A stretch of DNA of 64,000 nucleotides, from positions 74,533-138,532 of the forward strand of contig JAZQCG010000002.1 of assembly GCA_045546155.1 (NCBI GenBank). Reading direction: 5' to 3'. This document shows positions 1 to 8,720 of the stretch, piece after piece (the first letter of the stretch is position 1; each line of letters starts with the position of its first letter). The stretch is from Candidatus Enterousia sp. Lineage in GTDB: Bacteria; Pseudomonadota; Alphaproteobacteria; Rs-D84. The notes beneath the pieces are model-generated. The model made no database searches and had not been told where the DNA came from. It saw only the letters and a program-made list of their open reading frames with translations. A program made the translations under genes and the position numbers.

Positions 1-3000
1 CTTGATACATTCGCCACACTTGGTCCATTCGGCTGTAAATGACATCTCATCTACACATGTTCCAGATGTAATAACAGTTGTTTTTACACCTGTTTCATCA
101 TTATACCAACCATCAAAGGTATGATTATCACGTGTTATAGCTGGCAATGTAATATCCCCAGATTGTACATTACATTCCGTATCATCAACAGATGTACCAC
201 CGTTTTCATTATATGTAACAGTGTTCATGCCACCAACGACCCACTGGGCATATAATGTAGTATCCTTGGCAATGTTCCAACTGCGTGCAGATTTGCCCGC
301 GGCGGTATAATATTGTGTGCCATCTGTCTTTGCATCGAACCAACCTGCGAAGACATAGCCAGACAATGTTGGTGCATTTGTATTGATTTCTGGCATCGCG
401 CTGTCGTATGTCGCTGTTACTGTTGCTGTTTGTCCGCCTGTACCACCATTTGCATCAAATGATACGGTGTATGTGTTGGCTGTCTTACATGCATAATATG
501 TGCTTGCCGATGGGGCCAGGAACGCGGTCGTTGTCGATGCGCAAGATTCACTTGTTCCCCATCCACCTGTAAATGTATATCCCGTCTGTGTCAGACCAGA
601 TGCAGAGCCAAAGTCACATGACACACCTTCGCGACAAACAACAGATGTTGTAATGTTGCCACTGCCACCATTTTTATCCAACGTAATCGTGCGTGCACAG
701 TCAGACTTTTCGTCGTGGTCGCTTAATGATGTTCCTGCAATAGAATAGCCAGATGCGCATGTTGCAGAACAGCTTGTCGCATTTGTACCATCGGTTGTTT
801 GATATCTGTTTGCACCACAAACGACACAGGTTGTACCACTGACATAAGCACCCTTCTTGGCGGTAACAGATGTAACAGTATCTGGTACACATGGTGTGTC
901 ATCTTTGCCATAGTAGTCCTGGTATGTGCATGCTGCCCATGTTGCACTGTGACAGTTTGTTGGTATAACACCCTGGTTTACAGATACGTTTTTATAACAG
1001 TCTTCTATTGCATCTGATTGTTCAGCACTGATTGGATAGTCGTCTGGGCATGTCCCAGTGATACCCTGATCGGCTGTTGTGCTGTATGTGTATGTCCCGC
1101 CTTCGCAATAGTGATCCGTAGGACATACGGCGCATTCTGTTTTTGCGCGTGGCAGATAGTGACCCGGATTACACTTGTATCCAATTGCCTTCCACTTCGC
1201 AGCCAGCGTTGTATCGCCAACGGTTGTGTATGTATAAGTTTTGTTTGCTTCTGGATACAATGTGCTATCCCAACCATCAAATGTATATCCTGTGCGTGAA
1301 CATGCATTAGATGGATACGTAGTAAAGTCTTTTTCGAACTCTACGGGTTGTGTCTTGGTCAGAACAGCCAACAGAGTTCCACCATTGCAATCGTATGTGA
1401 TTGTATACTTGTTCGGTGTCCACTTTGCATAAAGTGTTTGATTGCCGGTTGTACCCTTAGCGATTTGTGTTACCTTTGTGTTAAAGGTGCTTTCTTTGTA
1501 CCAGCCATCAAATGTATATCCTGTTCTTTCTGGATTTTTTAGCGTGAACGTCGCAGTAGTAACCGTAAACGTTGTTGGGTTTGGATTGCTAATACCACTC
1601 ATGTTTTCATAGGTTATTGTATACGAAACCGCATCGCCCCACACTGCATATAACTCAAAAATACCGTTATTTTCTGTTGTCAGGTTTGATACAGACGCGG
1701 CATCATCATATGCTTTTGCCCCTGTTGCAGATGTTGCCCAACCCTGGAAGTTCAAGCCTTCGTATGTAAACGTATTCTTGGTCAAAGACTGTGTTTTGCC
1801 ATACGTAAACTCTTGCGAGTTCATTGTGCCTTCGCCACCATTTGGATTAAATACAACAGTGTATTTGTTTGCTGTGGCGGTACATGCACTAACACCATTG
1901 CTGGATGCAGAACATTTTGCATTATTATATCCAGCCGTTGCGGTCGCAGTTGCAGTACCACAAACCCCCAAAGGTGCTGTTGCAGTACAAGAAGCTACAC
2001 CTGTATCCTTGCTACATGTACATGATGTGCCCCAGACCGCATACAATGTAACCACATCACCATCTGTTGCGCTCAGGTTGGTAACGCTTTGTTTGTTTGT
2101 ATATTGTGCGGTTGTTGCATCTGATGCCTTTGCCCAGCCCAGGAACTGTTTTGTGCCGTTTGCGAATCCATTAGCGGTCAGTGGAGCTGCCTGATTATAC
2201 GTGTGATTGCTGGCTGTTGTTGTGCCACTGCCACCATTTGCATCATATTTAACTGTATATGACACAGGTTCGCAACTTGGGTTATATTTCCCTGAATTCT
2301 GGATGTTTTTATAACCGGTCTGACATGCTGTTGTATATGTACATGCGTTGCCAGATACGCTCAACGAACATGTTGCGCCTGTTCCTGCAGCACATGCTTC
2401 GCACTTTGTCCATTGTGCAAACAATTCTGCATTTGCTGTAAACGTAGTGTTCCCAGGTAACGTACCAGCTTTTGTTATACGTTGTGTGCCGTTGCTGGTC
2501 GCTGTGTAATATCCATTAAATACATATTCACTGCGTGTTGGGATGGCAACAGTTGTGATAGTTGTGCCAGAAGCATTGGTCCATTTTGTTGAATAAACCT
2601 GTTTAACTGTGCCAGAACCACCATTACCACCGTTGTCGTTCAGTGTAATTGTGTATGTTGTACCTGTACATGCGCCCGCAATTTTTGTGCCTGAGCCTGT
2701 CCAGTTTGTATTACATGAATACTGTGCGGTCAGTGTTTGCTTGCCTGTCACTGTCCAAGAAGAACTTAACTTGCCATCAGCTGTGATATACTGCGTGCCA
2801 CCTGTTGCGGCTGTGCCAGTGTAGTGTCCAGCATATGTTGCGTTTGATTTTGTCGGCTTAGTTGGCAGAGTTGTTATCTCTGTGCCTGCGCAACTTGCAT
2901 CGGTATACCATGCTGTCGAATCTGTTTTCTTGTACAATTCTACTGTACCACCTGTACCGCCATTGGTTGTATTCGCCAATGTGATTTTATTACATACCGG

Positions 3001-4563
3001 ATTCCACGTTGCTGTCAATGTCTTGGATTCTGTGTATTCCCATTTAAATTCCATCGATGCAGACTTAACATCACTTGTTCCACTAACTGCCCAGCCACCA
3101 AATGTGTATCCGGTGCGTGTACATGTATTTGCAGCTGGTGCAAAGTCAACCCCATATGTTGAGTTTCCATTGCTTGGGGCTGTGCCTGAACCTTCGCCAC
3201 AGTCATAGAATACATCATAACCACCGGCGGTACAGGTATAGCTGTATGCGGTCGCACCCGCTGAACCTGAATATGTGCCGCTTGTGCCATATCCAGAATT
3301 ACATGTGATGGTGCATGTTGGTTTGTTGTCTACGGTGTTTGCCGGTGTTGCTGTACCATTTGTCGCGTAACATGTTGTCTGTGCCCATGCTGCATAAACG
3401 GTGTCCGCGCTTCTAAATGTCATAGAATAGCTGCCCGCAACAGAACCTTCAGACGTTGCCCAACCCTGGAACGTCTTTGTGCCGTTTTTCAGGTTGCATG
3501 TGGTGCTGTCCCAAGATGGCAATACGCATGTTTGATTAAAGTAACATGTTTTCGTTGTTGCACAGTTGCCCGAACCGCCATTTGCACTTAATGTCACATC
3601 AAAGTAACAGTCTGTCATCGATTCGGCGCCGTCATCACTTGTGCCAGCTGGACATGCTGATAGCCCTGCATCTGTGCCATTATTTGTGCCACTGACACCT
3701 TCGCAATAATTGCCTGCGGTACATTGTGCGCATTGTGCATTTTCTGCATCCCAGTATGTCCCGACCTCACAATCGTATTCAGCGCCCGTCCACGTAGCAT
3801 ACAACAGGTTGTTATCTGTTGGTATGTATGCACCGGTGTTGCCACTGGTCGCAGAAGATGACGTTGCCCATCCGTTAAAGATATAACCTGCACGTGTTGG
3901 GGTTGGCATTGTCACAGAAACCGATGACCACTGGGCATACAGGGTCGCATCGCCTGTTGCTTTCTTTAATTCTTCAATACCTGTGGATGTAATATTACCA
4001 GATGCATTAATAATCTGAATTCCACCAGTTGCCGCTGTGTAATATCCATTAAATGTATAATTAGCTGTCTGGCTGGTTGTGTCCACCGAACCACCATTTG
4101 CATTATATTCAACGGTATAAGAGCGCTGTGGTACAGTAATTGGATTGGCGGTTGTTGTCATAATGTCGCTGCGATCTGCATCCAAATATGCATCTGTCCC
4201 ATAGCGAGCATAGATAGTTGTTGTGCCGTTTGTTGTTGCTTTGTCATTATTTAATGTAAACGTTGTTGCGATTGCTGTACATGCAGTTGTTGTGGTTGTT
4301 TTTACGCCAGTTGGTGTGCCGCCAACACTGTATCCTGTTGAGCAATCACAGGCCACAGCTGTGTTCCCATCTGTTGTAGAGGAATTATCAGGACATTCGA
4401 CACATGCGTTGCCAACACCTGTCCCGTTCAGGTAATGGCCCGCGTTACAGGACGTATACTTCTTGTAACTGGCACACGTATAGCCTGCTGCAAACGAATT
4501 TGTAGCAAAAATAGTCATGACCAAAAATGCAAAAATGCCCAGGAAACTGCGTTTTTTTCCCAT
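1..4563 (-). CDS. giant secreted Cys-rich surface protein with Listeria-Bacteroides (Flg_new)-type repeats; N-terminus complete, C-terminus runs off window start (>1520 aa)
   Basis: Manual translation of minus strand from ATG at 4563; the frame is open to position 1, which explains its absence from the ORF track (no in-window stop). Signal peptide MGKKRSFLGIFAFLVMTIFATNSFA. Recurrent motifs R(A/T)GY(T/I)F.GW, NGG.G and TYT. Many Cys in CxxC..GxY context. Confidence 0.7.
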   Translation of the reverse strand, partial: MGKKRSFLGIFAFLVMTIFATNSFAAGYTCASYKKYTSCNAGHYLNGTGVGNACVECPDNSSTTDGNTAVACDCSTGYSVGGTPTGVKTTTTTACTAIATTFTLNNDKATTNGTTTIYARYGTDAYLDADRSDIMTTTANPITVPQRSYTVEYNANGGSVDTTSQTANYTFNGYYTAATGGIQIINASGNITSTGIEELKKATGDATLYAQWSSVSVTMPTPTRAGYIFNGWATSSSATSGNTGAYIPTDNNLLYATWTGAEYDCEVGTYWDAENAQCAQCTAGNYCEGVSGTNNGTDAGLSACPAGTSDDGAESMTDCYFDVTLSANGGSGNCATTKTCYFNQTCVLPSWDSTTCNLKNGTKTFQGWATSEGSVAGSYSMTFRSADTVYAAWAQTTCYATNGTATPANTVDNKPTCTITCNSGYGTSGTYSGSAGATAYSYTCTAGGYDVFYDCGEGSGTAPSNGNSTYGVDFAPAANTCTRTGYTFGGWAVSGTSDVKSASMEFKWEYTESKTLTATWNPVCNKITLANTTNGGTGGTVELYKKTDSTAWYTDASCAGTEITTLPTKPTKSNATYAGHYTGTAATGGTQYITADGKLSSSWTVTGKQTLTAQYSCNTNWTGSGTKIAGACTGTTYTITLNDNGGNGGSGTVKQVYSTKWTNASGTTITTVAIPTRSEYVFNGYYTATSNGTQRITKAGTLPGNTTFTANAELFAQWTKCEACAAGTGATCSLSVSGNACTYTTACQTGYKNIQNSGKYNPSCEPVSYTVKYDANGGSGTTTASNHTYNQAAPLTANGFANGTKQFLGWAKASDATTAQYTNKQSVTNLSATDGDVVTLYAVWGTSCTCSKDTGVASCTATAPLGVCGTATATATAGYNNAKCSASSNGVSACTATANKYTVVFNPNGGEGTMNSQEFTYGKTQSLTKNTFTYEGLNFQGWATSATGAKAYDDAASVSNLTTENNGIFELYAVWGDAVSYTITYENMSGISNPNPTTFTVTTATFTLKNPERTGYTFDGWYKESTFNTKVTQIAKGTTGNQTLYAKWTPNKYTITYDCNGGTLLAVLTKTQPVEFEKDFTTYPSNACSRTGYTFDGWDSTLYPEANKTYTYTTVGDTTLAAKWKAIGYKCNPGHYLPRAKTECAVCPTDHYCEGGTYTYSTTADQGITGTCPDDYPISAEQSDAIEDCYKNVSVNQGVIPTNCHSATWAACTYQDYYGKDDTPCVPDTVTSVTAKKGAYVSGTTCVVCGANRYQTTDGTNATSCSATCASGYSIAGTSLSDHDEKSDCARTITLDKNGGSGNITTSVVCREGVSCDFGSASGLTQTGYTFTGGWGTSESCASTTTAFLAPSASTYYACKTANTYTVSFDANGGTGGQTATVTATYDSAMPEINTNAPTLSGYVFAGWFDAKTDGTQYYTAAGKSARSWNIAKDTTLYAQWVVGGMNTVTYNENGGTSVDDTECNVQSGDITLPAITRDNHTFDGWYNDETGVKTTVITSGTCVDEMSFTAEWTKCGECIK

Positions 4564-4742
4564 ATCTTCCTCTCTTTTGTCTTTTATGGTAGTAAAAAAG
4601 CCATATCCCACGCAAGGGGAAATATTAAAAATCAATCATATTTTTTTATTTGACCTATGAAATGGACTTGACTTTTTTTAAAAATACATTTTTTTGATTG
4701 CCGTTGATTGCTAAAAGATAAAATTTATGTCATGATAAGGGC

Positions 4743-6017
4743 ATGTCATTGGTCGCCCCGATTTTAAACGATGTTCAAATTTCTGCGTTTAATGCAATTG
4801 AGCGCACAAATTCTAATATTTTAATTCTGGGCCAGGCAGGAACAGGAAAGTCTACTTTTATAAATTATTTAAAAAGCGCATCAAAAAAACGCATCATTTG
4901 TGCGTGCCCGACGGCGGTTTCTGCATTAAATATTGGTGGGCAAACGATTCATTCACTGTTTCAAATTCAACCCCGCGATTTTATTATGCCTGAATTGTTA
5001 AAGTTAAAGGCAAAACCCCGCAACATATTAAATGCCACAGACGTACTAATTATTGATGAAATATCAATGGTTGCCCCAGATTTATTGGATGCAATTGATA
5101 TATTGGCGCGTATGGCACGACATAATAATGCCCCATTTGGTGGAATCCAGGTCATAGCAATCGGCGATTTGTTCCAATTGCCACCCGTTATAACGCGGGA
5201 TGCGATGGGTTACTATGAAACAGCGTACGAGCACCCCAACGCGTATTTCTTTGACAGCAATGTTTATAAGCGCGCTAATTTTATGCGTTTTAGTTTTGAT
5301 ATGGTATATCGTCAAAGTGATGGCGCGCTGTTGGAAAGCCTGACCAGATTGCGTAATCGTGATGTGGATGTATTGGATTTCTTTAACAGTTGCAAGATAG
5401 AAGATTTAGAACGTCGTGCAAATGCTGTTTTGATTACACCGTTTCGTGATACAGCTGAACGAATAAATGCATCACGTCTGGCCCAGATTAATTCGCCCGA
5501 GATAACATATACAGGAACGTTGACTGGTACTTTCTTGGAACGTGATGTGCCGGCCCCGTTAAATTTGACACTAAAAATTGGTGCATTGGTTGTTTTTGTA
5601 AAAAATAGTGACAAGTGGCACAATGGTTCAATGGGTATTGTGCGTTCGATGTCTGCACGCGATATAACTGTTCAGTTGCTGTCCGATAATCGTGAAATCG
5701 TAACGGTAAAGCCTGAAAAATGGGAAAAAATAGAATATAGCCGTGATGAAAACGATCGGATTGTTGAAAACGAAGTAGGGGGGTATAAACAGTTTCCATT
5801 AAACTTGGGATACGCCATGACCATACACAAGGCCCAGGGAAAAACACTGGATGCAGTGGTTGTTGATATGTCGCGTGGTGCGTTTACACACGGACAAACC
5901 TATGTCGCGCTATCGCGCACGCGCAGTGCCACAGACATGCATGTTGCATCGCCCCTGCGCCCACGTGATGTTATTTTTGATAATCGTGTTTTGGATTTTG
6001 TTTCTTCTGCTGTCTAA
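4743..6017 (+). CDS. Pif1/RecD-family P-loop DNA helicase
   Basis: Walker A GQAGTGKST. C-terminal helicase motifs YAMTIHKAQGKTLD and GQTYVALSRTRS. 424 aa. Confidence 0.7.
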   Translation: MSLVAPILNDVQISAFNAIERTNSNILILGQAGTGKSTFINYLKSASKKRIICACPTAVSALNIGGQTIHSLFQIQPRDFIMPELLKLKAKPRNILNATDVLIIDEISMVAPDLLDAIDILARMARHNNAPFGGIQVIAIGDLFQLPPVITRDAMGYYETAYEHPNAYFFDSNVYKRANFMRFSFDMVYRQSDGALLESLTRLRNRDVDVLDFFNSCKIEDLERRANAVLITPFRDTAERINASRLAQINSPEITYTGTLTGTFLERDVPAPLNLTLKIGALVVFVKNSDKWHNGSMGIVRSMSARDITVQLLSDNREIVTVKPEKWEKIEYSRDENDRIVENEVGGYKQFPLNLGYAMTIHKAQGKTLDAVVVDMSRGAFTHGQTYVALSRTRSATDMHVASPLRPRDVIFDNRVLDFVSSAV

Positions 6018-7035
6018 GGTCTGCTATCATATTTTTAAAGAACCAGTCGCCGTTTGCCTTCAGCATGTCAAAATTGACCCCGTCTCCGGATACCAGGTCA
6101 CGAATACTTGATACTGGGCGACCGGCCGTCCGCATGGCATTAACAATTGCATTACGTTCCGCTGCCATTAAAACCAATCCATCTTCTGTTAGGGTCTCGG
6201 GGTTTGTTAGTCCTTCGTTATCATGTTCCTTGGCCAGTTTTGTGCTTATTTCGCCAGCTGCGAATAAATTTGCGCCGGCCACCGAAAAATAAGATGGATA
6301 TAAATCAAATGAATTGTCATACGCATATTCTGAAAAGCGATTGTGTAAGTTCATTTTAGTGTCTGATGCAGACGCGAACGACAGTGTCGTAAAACGTGGA
6401 TGTTCCAGCGGTGTGATTGGTCCATGCTGAATAACAATAATATTTTTTTGAATTTGTTTAATTTCATCTGGTGTGTATCCCATCTGGGTCATGACATCTG
6501 CCATATATTCCCCCAGTATTGTTATCGCAGCCGCCCCGTGCGAGTGTGCATAGAATCGAACATTTGATGCACGTTGCGCCGCTATGCTTGCGGGCACGCG
6601 GGTGCTTTCAGCACCCGATACTAGTATCGGGTTTAATATGATATTGCCCAGTTGTTTGATATAATTCGGAACAGGTTCTGTTTCTGACATGTGGGCGATA
6701 TTTTTATCAATATCTTGGATACTGCGTGTCAGATTTCTAATTTTGTGTCCCGCTGCTCGAAACAGTTGCACGCGTTCAGATTCTGTATCACGTGATCCAA
6801 AATCATAATATATTGAATAAATATCAACGTCTGAAATGTTTGCCCCGCCAAGCACGCTTTTCATTTGTTTAATATAATGATTGGCATAGCGCGGAATACC
6901 CGTTAATTCGCCGCCGAACACAACAATAAGTGGTCGATTTGGATTAATAGAATCAACCGTTATCACACCGTATTCATTGTCCGGTGTTTTTGGTACAGAT
7001 TTTATAACATGTGCGCTACTTGGCTTGTATTCCAT
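5971..7035 (-). CDS. hypothetical alpha/beta-hydrolase-like protein (lipase-type AHSHG nucleophile elbow)
   Basis: 354-aa ORF with FYAHSHGAA (AxSxG) motif. Its 3' end overlaps the convergent helicase gene by 47 nt. Confidence 0.45.
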   Translation of the reverse strand: MEYKPSSAHVIKSVPKTPDNEYGVITVDSINPNRPLIVVFGGELTGIPRYANHYIKQMKSVLGGANISDVDIYSIYYDFGSRDTESERVQLFRAAGHKIRNLTRSIQDIDKNIAHMSETEPVPNYIKQLGNIILNPILVSGAESTRVPASIAAQRASNVRFYAHSHGAAAITILGEYMADVMTQMGYTPDEIKQIQKNIIVIQHGPITPLEHPRFTTLSFASASDTKMNLHNRFSEYAYDNSFDLYPSYFSVAGANLFAAGEISTKLAKEHDNEGLTNPETLTEDGLVLMAAERNAIVNAMRTAGRPVSSIRDLVSGDGVNFDMLKANGDWFFKNMIADLRQQKKQNPKHDYQK

Positions 7036-7040
7036 ATTTT

Positions 7041-7442
7041 TTATATATCCTTTCGCATCATTATGGCATCAACGCCGTCATAGTACCCTGGGCGTGTGCC
7101 GATTTCCACGTATCCGTTGCTTTTATACAACGTGCGTGCCGGTGTGTTATCCGCCGCCACCTCTAAGAATATATGTTTTACATCGCGTTTTTTCAAGTCG
7201 CCTTCAACAATCCCCAACATTGCCGCTGCAATACCTGTGCGACGTGCATCAGGTGCAACACCAATTGTAATTATTTCTGCTTCGTCGGCAACGGCCCGAT
7301 ATACAATAAAACCATTTTGACTTGCAATAATTTCGCATCCAGATTTTTGCAAATCAGCAAAGTCCGCCACCCCCCACGGTTTGTGCGGAAAACATTTGGC
7401 GTGTAATTCGGCCAGGCTACCAAATAAGTTTTCGTTCGGCAA
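7041..7442 (-). CDS. rimI: ribosomal-protein-alanine N-acetyltransferase (GNAT)
   Basis: GNAT fold motifs. Sits next to tsaB, as in the canonical arrangement. Confidence 0.8.
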   Translation of the reverse strand: MPNENLFGSLAELHAKCFPHKPWGVADFADLQKSGCEIIASQNGFIVYRAVADEAEIITIGVAPDARRTGIAAAMLGIVEGDLKKRDVKHIFLEVAADNTPARTLYKSNGYVEIGTRPGYYDGVDAIMMRKDI

Positions 7443-7463
7443 TGTGTGCCCCCATGTGCTAGA

Positions 7464-7811
7464 TTAACGTTTGCGTACAAAAGCGCGATTGTTAAAGTTT
7501 TTCTTTAATTGCGTCTTTGCGATTTGCGCTTCGTGTTTTGCACACAGTGTGTTATAGACGCTTTGTGCGGTACTGTCGCTAAATTCTAATTTGTTTCCAT
7601 TTATATTTATTTTCAAAATATATTTTGATATAGCATGTGTGTGCTTGTTTTTAACTGCGTATACTGCGATTCCAATATTCTTGGCATCAATGTAATAGCA
7701 GTGCACAACAATATTCTTGCTTGGGCCTGAATTGTTTGTGTACACAACAGGTTTTGTTTTTATCGTTGTTGTGATTAAGTCGTTGTATTCTTTAAAAGCG
7801 TCTTGTGTCAT
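7464..7811 (-). CDS. hypothetical basic/Lys-rich protein inserted between tsaB and rimI
   Basis: ORF 7464..7871 trimmed to internal Met (MTQDAFKEY) to avoid overlap with tsaB. No recognisable domain. Confidence 0.35.
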   Translation of the reverse strand: MTQDAFKEYNDLITTTIKTKPVVYTNNSGPSKNIVVHCYYIDAKNIGIAVYAVKNKHTHAISKYILKININGNKLEFSDSTAQSVYNTLCAKHEAQIAKTQLKKNFNNRAFVRKR

Positions 7812-7812
7812 A

Positions 7813-8361
7813 TTATTCTTCTTTTTGTTTGTTTTGTTCTGCATAACTAGGGCGCAGGTACATTGGTACAACTGGCTCTGTATTTCCTGCAGTTATTTTC
7901 TGTTTTACGATGTTTACACCCAACCTCAAATCAAAAGGTTTGTGACCGACCGTTCGTGGCCAAGCCATTTGTTTTGTCTCTAATTCTTCGATTTCCATTG
8001 TGCACGGGGCCAGGCCCGGTGCCGCAACAAAGAAATCGCCACGTCCAGAATCCAGCGCAACAAACGCATCTGGTGTTGCTGCTAAATACAGGTCGAATAA
8101 ACTAATTCCGACAACTGGAATTTTTAATCCCATTGCCAGCCCTTTGGCATATGCGATGCCTAGGCGGATGCCGGTAAAACTGCCTGGGCCAACCACAATA
8201 CCAATCGCGGATAAATCAGACCATTTTGCGCCGCACTCAGACATAAATTTTTCACATTCGGTTGGCAACGCAACCGACTGTTTTTCCACCGCAACAGACT
8301 TGTATTTATCTTCTAATACAAATTCCAGATTCCCACCCGATGTATTAATAATTAAAATCAT
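7813..8361 (-). CDS. tsaB: tRNA threonylcarbamoyladenosine biosynthesis protein TsaB (YeaZ)
   Basis: MILIINTSGG...GPGSFTGIRLGIAYAKGLA, the inactive Kae1-paralog signature. Confidence 0.8.
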   Translation of the reverse strand: MILIINTSGGNLEFVLEDKYKSVAVEKQSVALPTECEKFMSECGAKWSDLSAIGIVVGPGSFTGIRLGIAYAKGLAMGLKIPVVGISLFDLYLAATPDAFVALDSGRGDFFVAAPGLAPCTMEIEELETKQMAWPRTVGHKPFDLRLGVNIVKQKITAGNTEPVVPMYLRPSYAEQNKQKEE

Positions 8362-8720
8362 TTTTGTTTGTCCTTTAATTCGTGCAACAAATCCCAAAAA
8401 CAGTGTGAAATCGTTCCGTAATTTATTTTACTTTTAGATGTTTCGTTATCAAAGACATACGATTGATACTGTTTAAAGGGCGGATAAGACTTAGGCATTT
8501 TGGTTTCTATAACACGTATTGTATACTTTTTACTGCGTGCTATAACAACGGTTTCTAGCATACCTGGATGTTGCGAGTTCTGTATGCGTGTAAAAAAATG
8601 CCATTTATTGGTGTTGGCATAGTCCGCCACAGAATTAAAGAAATCAATCTGTTCTTGCCCGTCGCCAAACACGACGGCTTCAATTGGTCTGCCGTTAAGT
8701 ACTACTATATCTGTTTTCAT
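8358..8720 (-). CDS. hypothetical protein (120 aa), translationally coupled between the Lon-like gene and tsaB
   Basis: 4-nt overlaps at both ends (8717/8720 and 8358/8361). No similarity to the Lon S16 peptidase domain. Confidence 0.45.
   Translation of the reverse strand: MKTDIVVLNGRPIEAVVFGDGQEQIDFFNSVADYANTNKWHFFTRIQNSQHPGMLETVVIARSKKYTIRVIETKMPKSYPPFKQYQSYVFDNETSKSKINYGTISHCFWDLLHELKDKQK

Noticed and set aside
500-4653. About 20 short ORFs of 60-140 aa on both strands in the ORF track across the first 4.6 kb
   Set aside because: They lie in other frames of a single continuous minus-strand reading frame (ATG 4563 to position 1) that encodes a coherent signal-peptide/repeat protein. Their Cys/Val/Thr-rich translations are shadows of its biased codon usage.
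8358-8720. Possibility that the 120-aa ORF after the Lon-like gene is a frameshifted Lon protease domain
   Set aside because: No resemblance to the S16 DGPSAG/Ser-Lys region. Only about 360 nt are available where about 600 nt would be needed before tsaB begins.
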